DNA of 64,000 nt from the NCBI GenBank assembly GCA_038250235.1, contig JBBSCO010000004.1, positions 4,645 to 68,644 of the forward strand, given 5' to 3'. The position numbers were made by a program, and so were the translations under genes. The DNA comes from Candidatus Methylacidiphilales bacterium. GTDB taxonomy: Bacteria; Verrucomicrobiota; Verrucomicrobiia; Methylacidiphilales; JAAUTS01. Below are positions 37,527 to 46,516 of the stretch, piece by piece (the stretch's first letter is position 1; each line of letters opens with the position of its first letter). The notes under the pieces are model-generated. The model had not been told where the DNA came from, did not search any database, and was given only the letters and a program-made list of their open reading frames with translations.

Positions 37527-37565
37527 TTAACGCAAAGACGCAAAGATTTTAAGGCGCAAATTAAC
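37527..37565 (-). promoter_or_regulatory. tandem octamer motif (ACGCAAAG)n + TTAA, second strong copy
   Basis: ttaacgcaaagacgcaaag (37527-37545) is identical to 24899-24917. It is followed by attttaaggcgcaaattaac. It lies between the glyA-fusion stop (37625) and the low-complexity ORF. Confidence 0.5.
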
Positions 37566-37624
37566 ACGAGATAAAATGGGCCTCCCACAGCGTTTTAGCG
37601 CTTTGGCATCTCTGCGTTAAAACC

Positions 37625-39802
37625 TCAATAGGGTAGGGGATAATTCGCCGTGAAGGCGTGAACTTTCCGGGCGATGGCGTGGAGGGCTTCCATGTTGGCG
37701 CGGGCCTGGAGGCTTTCGTGAATCCAGTTGGCGATGTCGAACATCTCGTCCTCTTTCATGCCGCGGGTGGTAACAGCAGGGGTGCCGAGACGGATACCGC
37801 CGCCCTTGAAAGGGGACTGGGTATCATAGGGGACAGCGTTTTTGTTGCAGGTGATGGCGGCGTGGTCGAGGGCTTCCTGGGCTTCCTTGCCGGTGATGTT
37901 CTTGGGCTGGAGATCGACCAGCATGAGGTGATTGTCGGTTCCGCCGGAGAAAATAGTATAACCGTTTTTCTTCATACCCTCTGCCAGGGCCTTGGCGTTG
38001 CGGACGACTTGTTGCTGGTAAACTTTGAAGGCGGGTTGGAGGGCTTCTTTGAAGCAGACAGCTTTGCCGGCGATGACGTGTACAAGTGGCCCGCCCTGGG
38101 CACCGGGGAAAACAGCGGAATCGATTCCTTTGCCGAATTCGGCGCGGGCCAAGATCAGGCCGCCACGGGGGCCGCGCAGGGTTTTGTGCGTGGTGGTGGT
38201 GACGAAGTCGGCATAACCCACAGGGGAAGGATGTACACCAGCGGCGACAAGGCCAGCGATGTGGGCGATATCGGCAAAGAGGTAGGCACCCACGGATTTG
38301 GCGATTTCGCTCATGCGGGGGAAGTCGATGATGCGGGAGTAGGCAGAGGCGCCGACGGTGATCATTTTGGGTTTTTCGCGTTGGGCAACTTCAGCGATTT
38401 CGTCGTAGTCAATCAGGCCGGTGTCCTGACGGACGCCGTATTGGAAGAATTGGTAAAGCTTGCCGGAGAAATTGGCGGGATTGCCGTGGGTAAGGTGGCC
38501 GCCGTGGCTAAGGTTCATGCCGAGGATTTTATCGCCGGGCTGGAGAACGGAGGTGTAGACAGCGAAGTTGGCCTGGGAACCGGAGTGGGGCTGCACGTTG
38601 GCGTATTCGGCACCGAAAAGTTCCTTTGCGCGGTCGATGGCGATCTGTTCGATTTCGTCCACGTGTTCGCAACCGCCATACCAGCGTTTCTTGGGGTAAC
38701 CTTCTGCGTATTTGTTGGTCAGGCAGGAGCCTTGGGCCTCGATGACAGCGCGGCTGGTGAAATTTTCCGAGGCGATGAGCTCGATGTTTTTCTTCTGACG
38801 GCTGTGCTCTTTGGCAATCAGGTCAAAGATGGCAGGATCGCTATCCCGGAGGCCTGGGGCTTGGGAAGTGGTTTCGATGTCGGTCTTAAGCGTTTCCATT
38901 TTTTCAATTCTCCTTGCATGTCGGCCCCCACTGAACGGTGTGCGGAGCCAGATATCGACAATTTTTAAAGCCTGCGAAACCGTCAAATCATTCGCGGGTA
39001 AGCAAAGCACATTAGCCTCATTGTGCTCGCGACTCAAGCGGGCAGTTTCCTCATTGTGGACAAGGGCGGCCCGGACGCCGTGGAAGTGGTTGGCGGCCAT
39101 GCTCATACCGATGCCTGATTTACAGATAAGAATGCCACGGTCGACTTTTCCCTGAAGGAGGTCGCGGCAAACCAAGGCGGCCTGGTCGGGATAATCAGAC
39201 GGCTCAGGGCTGAAGGTGCCGACATCGCAGATAGGTGTCCCGGCTTTCTTAAGCTCTTGGACGATGCGTGTTTTCAACTCAAAACCCCCATGATCGGCAC
39301 CAATGGAAATTTTCAAATTGGGCAAGGAAGCGATCTTCGGTTTTTTGGCTGCTTCCTTCAGGAGAGCATAGAGAGGTTTGATGGCGTCACGGATCTGGTT
39401 GCGTGCGTCGCGGTATGCTTCGAGGGATTGGCCGAAGGGATCGATGATCTCCCGGCTGCTGCGGTCATTGGCGGGCATGAATTCGCGGAGCAGGAACATT
39501 TTGTCGGAGGCCTGGGGATGCAGGAGCAGCATGCTGTCGAGATGGCTGTAAGTCATGACCAGAATGAAATCAGCCTTATTGACGAGATCCTGGGTGACGG
39601 GTTTGCTGCGGAGTCCGAGAATATCCACTTTTAGTTCGTCCATGGCAGCGACCGCATTGTGGCTGGGGGGCTGGCCGCCTGCGGCACCGATTCCAGCGGA
39701 GGCGCAGGACATGTCGGGATCGTTCCGGCTTATTTCCTTGAAAAAGCCTTCGGCCATGGGACTACGGCAAGTGTTGCCGGTGCAGACGAAGAGGACGTGC
39801 AT
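37625..39802 (-). CDS. glyA: tri-domain fusion: YwlE-type low-molecular-weight phosphatase + ribose-5-phosphate isomerase B + serine hydroxymethyltransferase
   Basis: A single uninterrupted 725-aa ORF. See the three domain sub-features. Confidence 0.9.
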   Translation of the reverse strand: MHVLFVCTGNTCRSPMAEGFFKEISRNDPDMSCASAGIGAAGGQPPSHNAVAAMDELKVDILGLRSKPVTQDLVNKADFILVMTYSHLDSMLLLHPQASDKMFLLREFMPANDRSSREIIDPFGQSLEAYRDARNQIRDAIKPLYALLKEAAKKPKIASLPNLKISIGADHGGFELKTRIVQELKKAGTPICDVGTFSPEPSDYPDQAALVCRDLLQGKVDRGILICKSGIGMSMAANHFHGVRAALVHNEETARLSREHNEANVLCLPANDLTVSQALKIVDIWLRTPFSGGRHARRIEKMETLKTDIETTSQAPGLRDSDPAIFDLIAKEHSRQKKNIELIASENFTSRAVIEAQGSCLTNKYAEGYPKKRWYGGCEHVDEIEQIAIDRAKELFGAEYANVQPHSGSQANFAVYTSVLQPGDKILGMNLSHGGHLTHGNPANFSGKLYQFFQYGVRQDTGLIDYDEIAEVAQREKPKMITVGASAYSRIIDFPRMSEIAKSVGAYLFADIAHIAGLVAAGVHPSPVGYADFVTTTTHKTLRGPRGGLILARAEFGKGIDSAVFPGAQGGPLVHVIAGKAVCFKEALQPAFKVYQQQVVRNAKALAEGMKKNGYTIFSGGTDNHLMLVDLQPKNITGKEAQEALDHAAITCNKNAVPYDTQSPFKGGGIRLGTPAVTTRGMKEDEMFDIANWIHESLQARANMEALHAIARKVHAFTANYPLPY
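37628..38851 (-). other. domain: serine hydroxymethyltransferase (aa 318-725)
   Basis: [44 protein letters not shown] (PLP lysine), [13 protein letters not shown]. Confidence 0.9.
38903..39313 (-). other. domain: RpiB/LacA/LacB sugar-phosphate isomerase (aa 164-300)
   Basis: [31 protein letters not shown] (catalytic Cys context), [12 protein letters not shown]. Confidence 0.8.
39359..39802 (-). other. domain: low-molecular-weight phosphatase (aa 1-148)
   Basis: P-loop [13 protein letters not shown] (CX5R with Thr, as in B. subtilis YwlE) and general-acid DPFG. Confidence 0.8.
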
Positions 39803-39948
39803 TGAATTTAAAACTTATCGATAGGATGGCAGGAGGCAAACCCCAAAATGGAGAGGGCCTATGGAGGAAGAATGCGGAAAAGAAGTCTGCAGATTTTGAA
39901 AGGGATTCAGGAAATGGGTTCGCCTTTGGTGGCTTTTGCCTGAAGGAA

Positions 39949-41145
39949 TCAGCCACCACTCACATCGGGCTTGCGTTGGCTCAAAACAATTCCCCGTAGG
40001 ACATCCACGGCACGTTGCAGGGTTAAATCGCGGACGGTATTTTTGGCTTCCGGCCCGGGTGGTGGAGGTGGCTCACTACCGATGGTTTCATTGTCGGATG
40101 AACGGCGGTGGGAAGGTTTTTCCGCGATCAGTGCCATGAGATTATTTTTGCTGGCGATAGAAAAGGCCATGCGTTCCACAATGGGGTCGGTAGATACGAG
40201 GATATCAGGCTGGAGGGGGGTGCCGAGGAGATCCACCCGGGTGGAGGTGACAAGGCGTGCACTGGCCATGCGGAGGAAGCGGTTGCTTTTGAGGCGGGTT
40301 TCAGTAAAGAGCCCTCCTTCGCCGGCCGTGGGCTGGCCGATAAGGATGGCCCCGCCGGACTGGCGCAGGCACCAGGCAAGGGCTTCTCCGGTGCCGCGGG
40401 TGTTGCGGTTGATGAGTACGAGAATCGGGAAGGATTTCGGGACTTCCAAGGGTTGATGTTCCGTTTTATAGACCTGTTGTGGGGTGTTGATGCCTTCGAC
40501 GGTGAAAAGAGTTGTTTGAGGGGCGCTAAAAAGACCTGCGAGGGAAACGGCTCCGGGTAGATCGTTGGCGTCCTTAAAGTTGCGCAGATCCAGGATCAGG
40601 CCTTCGAAGTTTCGTGTTTTCCATTGTTCCCATTGGGAGATCCAGCGTGCGGTTTCTTTGGGGCTGAGATCGGCTGGGCGCCAGTAGGCGATGTTGTTGG
40701 GAAGAAGTTCAAGGAGCGGGGTTTGTTTCGGGTCGGGAGTAATGACGGCCTCCTCACTGAGTTTCACCTTGTCGTCTAGGCGGCCCATGAGTTCGTTCAG
40801 ATTTTGTTCATTCAGGTCCACGCTGATGAGGGAGGCGGAATCGAGGAATCCGCTGCGCAGGAGGTCGATGATTTGGCGCGCTTCTTCCGGGCGGGGAAGG
40901 AGATTCGAGGTCTGGGGGATGGGGGCGAGAAGCGAGTAGGGCTGGATTTCCGTGTTGAGATCAAGTGGAGGTGGCGGGAGCGGAAGGGTTTTGATCGGTG
41001 AGGCGGCTTTGACCAATGAGGTAGATGGGGGGGTGGCCTCCTGTTTTTCGGCAGGTCCGAGAACGTTCATCAGGAGAAAAACGGCGAGCATTCCTCCTGA
41101 AATAAAAGACAGGGTGCTGAGTAAAAGGATGTTGGAGGGTTTCAT
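39949..41145 (-). CDS. S41 (C-terminal processing peptidase)-like protein, predicted catalytically inactive
   Basis: N-terminal TM. GLILDLRN and ILVLINRNTRGTGEALAWCLRQSGGAILIGQPTAGEG align to the S41 block VLVxxxSASASE...TFGKG, with the Ser, Asp and Lys positions occupied by Gly251, Gln262 and Glu276. ATGA overlap with purD. Confidence 0.65.
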   Translation of the reverse strand: MKPSNILLLSTLSFISGGMLAVFLLMNVLGPAEKQEATPPSTSLVKAASPIKTLPLPPPPLDLNTEIQPYSLLAPIPQTSNLLPRPEEARQIIDLLRSGFLDSASLISVDLNEQNLNELMGRLDDKVKLSEEAVITPDPKQTPLLELLPNNIAYWRPADLSPKETARWISQWEQWKTRNFEGLILDLRNFKDANDLPGAVSLAGLFSAPQTTLFTVEGINTPQQVYKTEHQPLEVPKSFPILVLINRNTRGTGEALAWCLRQSGGAILIGQPTAGEGGLFTETRLKSNRFLRMASARLVTSTRVDLLGTPLQPDILVSTDPIVERMAFSIASKNNLMALIAEKPSHRRSSDNETIGSEPPPPPGPEAKNTVRDLTLQRAVDVLRGIVLSQRKPDVSGG

Positions 41146-42419
41146 ATTGCCTGAAGAGCAAAGGCTTTTTTGCCGATGTCTTTACGGTAGTGCATTCCCT
41201 CGAAGCGGATAAGGTTGATGGCGGCGTAGGCTTTTTTGCTGGCGGTGGCGAGATCTGATCCGGTGCCTGTGACGGCCAAGACGCGTCCTCCTGAGCTGAG
41301 AACCTGGCCGTTTTTGTTTTCGGTTCCGGCATGAAAAATCATGGCGTCAGGGCCGGGATCCTGAAGTGAGCCGGTAATAGGGCCGCCGGTTTGTGGGGAT
41401 TCGGGATACCCCGGAGCGGCCAGCACAACGGTGAGGGCGGAACGGGAGCTGATGTTGACGGTCAGGGAGCCCATCGTTCCATTGATGGAAGCGTTCATGA
41501 TATCGAGCAAGGGTGTTTCCAGGAGCGGAAGAAGAACCTCGGTTTCAGGATCACCGAAGCGGCAGTTGAATTCCAGGACTTTGGGTCCATCGGAGGTGAG
41601 CATAAGGCCGGCATACAGGACACCGCGATAATCGATACCGGCTTCCTGGAGGGCTTTGATTACTGGCTTGATAACAGTGGCCTCGATTTCCTCCAACAAA
41701 GCGGGTGTGACGACCGGGGCGGGGGCGTAGGCTCCCATGCCGCCGGTGTTAGGTCCCAGGTCCTGGTCGAAGACCCGTTTATGGTCCTGGGAACTGGGCA
41801 AGAGAACATAGTCTTTCCCATCGGTCACGGCATGGATGGAGGCTTCCTGTCCATCCAGAAACTCTTCGATCAGGACGACGTTGCCGGAAGCTCCGAACAC
41901 TTTTTTTTCCATGATTTCAACGATGGCGGTTTCCGCTTCAGAAAAGTCCTGGGCAATGATGACCCCTTTACCTGCCGCCAGTCCGTCGGCTTTGATAACA
42001 AGTGGATAGCTTTGTCGGGTGCAATAGGCTTTTGCTTGTGCACCTTCGGTGAAGGCGGCGCTGGCGGCGGTGGGAATACCTGCTTTGAGGAGGAGATCTT
42101 TAGTAAAGGTTTTACTGGCTTCGAGCCGTGCGCCTGACTGATTGGGGCCGAAGGCGGGGATGCCGATCATTTTGAGCTGGTCGACGAGTCCGAGGCAGAG
42201 GGGTGCTTCGGGCCCAACCACCACGAGATCTGGTTGGTTGAGTTTGGCCCAGGAGAGAAGGCCGTCGATATCGTTGGCTTTGATTGGAATGTTATAGCCG
42301 AGGGAGGAGGTGCCGGCGTTGCCGGGGGCAAAATAGAGTTCGGGGTTTCGGGGGTCTTTTTTCAGAGACCACCCAAGGGCGTGTTCACGGCCGCCACTGC
42401 CGACAATCAGGACTTTCAT
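41142..42419 (-). CDS. purD: phosphoribosylamine--glycine ligase
   Basis: MKVLIVGSGGREHALGWSL, ATP-grasp body, FNCRFGDPETE. Confidence 0.95.
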   Translation of the reverse strand: MKVLIVGSGGREHALGWSLKKDPRNPELYFAPGNAGTSSLGYNIPIKANDIDGLLSWAKLNQPDLVVVGPEAPLCLGLVDQLKMIGIPAFGPNQSGARLEASKTFTKDLLLKAGIPTAASAAFTEGAQAKAYCTRQSYPLVIKADGLAAGKGVIIAQDFSEAETAIVEIMEKKVFGASGNVVLIEEFLDGQEASIHAVTDGKDYVLLPSSQDHKRVFDQDLGPNTGGMGAYAPAPVVTPALLEEIEATVIKPVIKALQEAGIDYRGVLYAGLMLTSDGPKVLEFNCRFGDPETEVLLPLLETPLLDIMNASINGTMGSLTVNISSRSALTVVLAAPGYPESPQTGGPITGSLQDPGPDAMIFHAGTENKNGQVLSSGGRVLAVTGTGSDLATASKKAYAAINLIRFEGMHYRKDIGKKAFALQAI

Positions 42420-43288
42420 GGAGCTTTCAAAAACAGGATGGTGGGGGAAGCAGGTAATGTGTCAGCGGAAAAAGTAAACTCACTGCCGTCCACTTGCCTG
42501 GAGGGGTGGCCTTCGAGGAGAAATTCGGAGAGAGGGCGGAGATCAAGACCCTTGTTTTTTTCCGTCTGGTAGGTGACAGGAACCACCCATTTGGCTTTAA
42601 GGCGTTCAACCGCATTCCAGAGGTCGCGATTGCTCAGGGCTGGAAGACCGACGGGAAGAAACAAAACATCAACGCGGCCGATGGCGTCACTTTGTTTGTT
42701 GTTGAGGGGATGTCCGAGGGTTCCCAGATGGCAGAAGCGGAGGTTATCCATTTCCAAGACATAGACGGCATTTTTGCCCAGGTTGCGGCCCTCCGCATTA
42801 TCGCGGTAAGTTTCAATGCCCCTAAACGGAAGGCCGTTGGCGCGGTTGGCTCCCAAGCCGGTGAGGCTGCGGAAAATCTGGGGAAGTCCAAAAAAATGTT
42901 GCCCGCCAGAATGGTCATAGGCTTCGGAGCTGATGAGAACGATATCGGCGGTAAGATTTTTGGGGAAAGGATAGTTGACGCTGCCGTCGGAGAAGGGATT
43001 CATGCCAACCCTGACGCCGCTGCGTGAGGTCAAATAAACGAAGGCGTGTCCGAAATACTGGACATGGGCGCCTTGTCCCGGGTTCAGGAGGGGAAGGGGG
43101 GTGGGAGTTTCTTCGGCCTTGCGCGGGACGGCGACAGGGGGAACCGGTTTCGGAAGTTCTGGGGAAGTTTCCGTCTTTTGTTCTTGGGGCTCAATCCGCT
43201 TGGTTTTTCTCATTTCGGAGCGTGCCCCTTCAACTGCCGAAGCGGAGGAGGCGATGAGAACCAAAAAGAGCAGGGAGCGGGGAAGCAT
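42416..43288 (-). CDS. secreted MBL-fold metallo-hydrolase (UPF0173/COG2220-like)
   Basis: Signal peptide MLPRSLLFLVLIASSASA. YFGHAFVYLTS, ADIVLISSEAYDHSG, CHLGTLGH. ATGA overlap with purD. Confidence 0.65.
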   Translation of the reverse strand: MLPRSLLFLVLIASSASAVEGARSEMRKTKRIEPQEQKTETSPELPKPVPPVAVPRKAEETPTPLPLLNPGQGAHVQYFGHAFVYLTSRSGVRVGMNPFSDGSVNYPFPKNLTADIVLISSEAYDHSGGQHFFGLPQIFRSLTGLGANRANGLPFRGIETYRDNAEGRNLGKNAVYVLEMDNLRFCHLGTLGHPLNNKQSDAIGRVDVLFLPVGLPALSNRDLWNAVERLKAKWVVPVTYQTEKNKGLDLRPLSEFLLEGHPSRQVDGSEFTFSADTLPASPTILFLKAP

Positions 43289-43331
43289 CAGCTACCTTTT
43301 TAGCAGGAGCTGATGAGAACTGCCAATCATT

Positions 43332-43976
43332 TCAAGCCAGGGCAAAGACATGATCTCCTACCCTTAGAAAATCACCGGGACGGGCGTAAGAGCGTGCGAT
43401 CCGGCTGCCGTTGACATAGGTGCCGTTAGTGGATCCAAGATCTTTGATTTCATAGAAGTCGCCTGGCAGGGCCGTGACCAGACAGTGTTCCCTGGAAACG
43501 CGGCTGTCATCGACTGTGACCTGGCAAAGATTTTTGTTGCGGCCCAAGATGATTTTTTTGTCTTCGCTTTGATCCGGCATCAAAGGGATGGCAACACTGA
43601 AAAAAACTTCGGAGTACAGAATTTTTGGAGTGGAAGTTATCCGTAGTTTTTTTGAGGTGATGGTTTTTTTAACGGAGCGGGCTTCCTCGGCAGCCAGATC
43701 GGCGTGGTAGGCCGCATGCAGTGCCAGTTCATTGAGATCGATGGTTTCTTTGGTGTGTTCGAGAAAGGTTTCGCTGTGGAGAGGTTGCAGGACGATGGTG
43801 GCGTGGCAGCTGGTGAGATACTCCATGAGGGAGGAGTTATGGCTGGCCACAATACGTTTGAGATAGCCGGACTTGATCCAGAGTTCCGCCCGGAAACCAG
43901 AGACGTCAATAAAGAGATGGCTATGGGAACGCCCGTGAGCCAGTGACTGGAGGATATCTAGTGCGCAGTAGGGCAT
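43332..43976 (-). CDS. DUF4388-like N-terminal domain + FHA domain protein
   Basis: FHA: ILGRNKNLCQVTVDDSRVSREHCLV...IKDLGSTNGTYVNG. N-terminus: LDILQSLAHGRSHSHLFIDV..AELWIKSGYL. Confidence 0.75.
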   Translation of the reverse strand: MPYCALDILQSLAHGRSHSHLFIDVSGFRAELWIKSGYLKRIVASHNSSLMEYLTSCHATIVLQPLHSETFLEHTKETIDLNELALHAAYHADLAAEEARSVKKTITSKKLRITSTPKILYSEVFFSVAIPLMPDQSEDKKIILGRNKNLCQVTVDDSRVSREHCLVTALPGDFYEIKDLGSTNGTYVNGSRIARSYARPGDFLRVGDHVFALA

Positions 43977-44360
43977 AAAGGGAGGCGTGTGAACGGGATA
44001 ATAGAATCATAATCATAATTTTGTCTGGTGTGCAACAATTGCCTTGGAAGAAATAGTTATAGGGTTAAAAACACCAGGCTAATTCGAAGCCGGAGTCTTT
44101 GAGAACCGATTGTAACATCCGCTCGAATAAGCCGGGTTGCGAGGCCAGTGCGTCATACGCGCCCGTCTGCATGGTCTGCCCATCCTGCGGAACCAGAAAC
44201 CAGTCGTAGTGTTTGTTGGTGAACAAAAGGCGGGCGGTAAAAGATTTGGGATTCTTAAGAAGGATGCTGGAGATGGCCGAGCATTTGCCGATTGGCCGCC
44301 CTGCACTCACGCAAACTGAACGGATACGCTTTACTGGGCACTTTGTTTCGTTAAAATGAA

Positions 44361-45353
44361 ATGATGGATCTGATCACATTGGCATCTGCCGCCTTGGGGC
44401 TGTCAGCCCTGGCTGGACTCAATCTTTATCTGACCGTCTTTGCGGTAGGACTTTCGATAAGATTGGGCTGGCTGCAGTTGGTTCCTGAAATGGCCGGGCT
44501 GGAAATTCTGTCGCATCCGGTTGTCCTTATTCTGGCGGGGACGTTGGTGCTGGTGGAATTCATCGCGGACAAGATCCCTTGGGTGGATTCGCTTTGGGAC
44601 GCGGTGCATACCCTGATCCGGCCTTTGGGGGCGGTTTTTCTTTCTCTCGGGGTGGTCGGTATGACGGATCCTCTTCTGGCGGTTATGGCGGGGTTATTGG
44701 GAGGGGGGCTGGCCTTGACCACGCATTTAAGCAAAACCAGCGCGCGCCTGCTGGTCAATACATCACCGGAACCCGTTTCCAACACGGTCGTGAGCATTCT
44801 GGAGGACCTGGTGGTTTTGGGTGGTGTTGGGTTGATCCTTTGGGATCCGTGGCTGGCCCTGGTCGTGGTGCTTTTTTTTCTGGCATTGTTCATCTGGCTG
44901 GCCCCCAAGCTGCTGCGGCATCTCTACCTGACATGTCGCTTTCTCTTACTAAAAATCCAGAGCATGGCCGGGCCGGATGACCGGATCGAACAGTTGCCCA
45001 AAAGCTGTCCGGCCTGGGCCCGCCTGATCATGGAAGAATCACAAGTCCACGGTGAGGAAGTTGGTTGGATTGTCCCGGTCGTCCTGAACCGGGTTCCAGG
45101 ATTGCCGTCACCCCGGAAGGGATACTTGTTCCGCTATGCACCACAGGGTCGCCTGGGGGTGATTCTGAAAGGCCGGAAACCCGCCTGGATTTCTCTGGAA
45201 GGAATCAAAGCCCATCTCGAGATGAAACTGCTTTATGACGAACTGACCTTTTTCAGGGTCGGGGACAAAAAAATTATTTCCCTGCGTCTCCCTAAGAGCC
45301 ACCGGGCCTATCTGGATGCGGTTCTCCCGGATCTGAATATCAAAGCAGAATAA
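44361..45353 (+). CDS. DUF4126 membrane protein with a C-terminal soluble (PH-like?) extension
   Basis: GLNLYLTVFAVGL, EFIADKIPWVDSLWDAVHTLIRP, further TM helices, then ~140 aa soluble tail. Confidence 0.65.
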   Translation: MMDLITLASAALGLSALAGLNLYLTVFAVGLSIRLGWLQLVPEMAGLEILSHPVVLILAGTLVLVEFIADKIPWVDSLWDAVHTLIRPLGAVFLSLGVVGMTDPLLAVMAGLLGGGLALTTHLSKTSARLLVNTSPEPVSNTVVSILEDLVVLGGVGLILWDPWLALVVVLFFLALFIWLAPKLLRHLYLTCRFLLLKIQSMAGPDDRIEQLPKSCPAWARLIMEESQVHGEEVGWIVPVVLNRVPGLPSPRKGYLFRYAPQGRLGVILKGRKPAWISLEGIKAHLEMKLLYDELTFFRVGDKKIISLRLPKSHRAYLDAVLPDLNIKAE

Positions 45354-45372
45354 AGGCTTTCACCATCAGGTT

Positions 45373-46431
45373 CTAATACGTCGACTTTTCGACAAATTCC
45401 ACCTTGGTTCCGGTTTTGAGATACCAAATTTTAGGGTTGTCAGGGTCGTAACTGAGGTGACGGATATTCAACAGGAAGTCCCCGGCCAGGAGGTTGTTGC
45501 CATTTACTTCGAAGGGAATGCGTGTCCCGTTCATGAGCAGATCGAAGCGTGTGGGATTGAGATAGTCACGCAGGCTATTATCCTTGGTGCTGCGCCATTG
45601 GCTCAGAGCAGCAACTAAAACAAGAAACAAAGGCAGAGCAAGAACCACGAAAGTGACGCTGTGGAAAACAAGAAAGTCAGCCGTCTCTTTTGGAAGTGTG
45701 CCCAGCTGTGCCCAAGTATTCAGATCCTTGACCCATGTCTGCTCGTTGAAACGAAACCAGAGATAGGGAATGAAATGGGCCAGGAAAGGAACGGGAACAA
45801 GATTCAATGCAAAAACAACCACTCCGACCTGAGGACGTTGCATGTAGAGATAAAAGGTCGCGGCCAGCCAGAAGAAACGGATCATAAACCATGATGCGTG
45901 CAAGTCTCCCTGGCCAGCCTGGATCAGGACGTCGATCGGACTGTAGGAGAAGCCTTTTTCGTTGTCTGTCTGGCTTTCCGAAAGATTTTTTTTCCAGGCA
46001 TCAAGAGAAAACTCCATGGCCATGGAGGCACTGCCTGCACCGGCCCCCATTCCCTGCAAGACATTGTCGTAAATGTTTACCACTTGTCCGCCCACACGGA
46101 CCGGATCGCCTGAATTCAGGGCCCCGACGATTGTCTTCTGACTACTTCCGCTTTCCTGTTCCCGGGCCGCAGATTTGTTATCGAGGGAATCTTGGTGTTT
46201 TTCCTGCAGTTTTTGATGTGCCCGGAGGATCTCCGTGTCAGGAATCCACAGAACATACTGACAAAGGTTGAGGGCCACCAGAAGGATCAGAAATTTCGGG
46301 TTACGCAACAGAATCGTGAAGGAAAAAATAAGCAACAGAACGGCATCTGCGATCAGATTCAGTTCCAGAAATGACTTGATTTCGAACTCCATGAAAACCC
46401 CGCCGTAAAATGCCTTGTTAAGGTTGTCCAA
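45373..46431 (-). CDS. multi-pass membrane protein, hypothetical
   Basis: 352-aa ORF with hydrophobic helices at both ends and a polar central segment. No motif recognised. Confidence 0.45.
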   Translation of the reverse strand: MDNLNKAFYGGVFMEFEIKSFLELNLIADAVLLLIFSFTILLRNPKFLILLVALNLCQYVLWIPDTEILRAHQKLQEKHQDSLDNKSAAREQESGSSQKTIVGALNSGDPVRVGGQVVNIYDNVLQGMGAGAGSASMAMEFSLDAWKKNLSESQTDNEKGFSYSPIDVLIQAGQGDLHASWFMIRFFWLAATFYLYMQRPQVGVVVFALNLVPVPFLAHFIPYLWFRFNEQTWVKDLNTWAQLGTLPKETADFLVFHSVTFVVLALPLFLVLVAALSQWRSTKDNSLRDYLNPTRFDLLMNGTRIPFEVNGNNLLAGDFLLNIRHLSYDPDNPKIWYLKTGTKVEFVEKSTY

Positions 46432-46516
46432 GCAACAGAATTCCGATCTTCAAGAGTGGTTACCCTGGACTTTTTCTGTTTTTACAAAATCAAGGCCATA
46501 CGGTAAACTGGAAAAC

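Noticed and set aside
37322-37588. N-terminal extension of the low-complexity ORF with a signal/lipobox-like sequence (VGGPFYLVLICALKSLRLCVKIC)
   Set aside because: The apparent signal peptide is simply the translation of the octamer-repeat motif, which gives the same ..LCV.. strings at other loci. The frame also contains a TGA at 37439-37441.
44065-44310. 81-aa ORF between the FHA gene and the DUF4126 gene
   Set aside because: It has no recognisable motif and overlaps an alternative-frame ORF of similar size (44079..44306). Coding status cannot be decided from the sequence alone.
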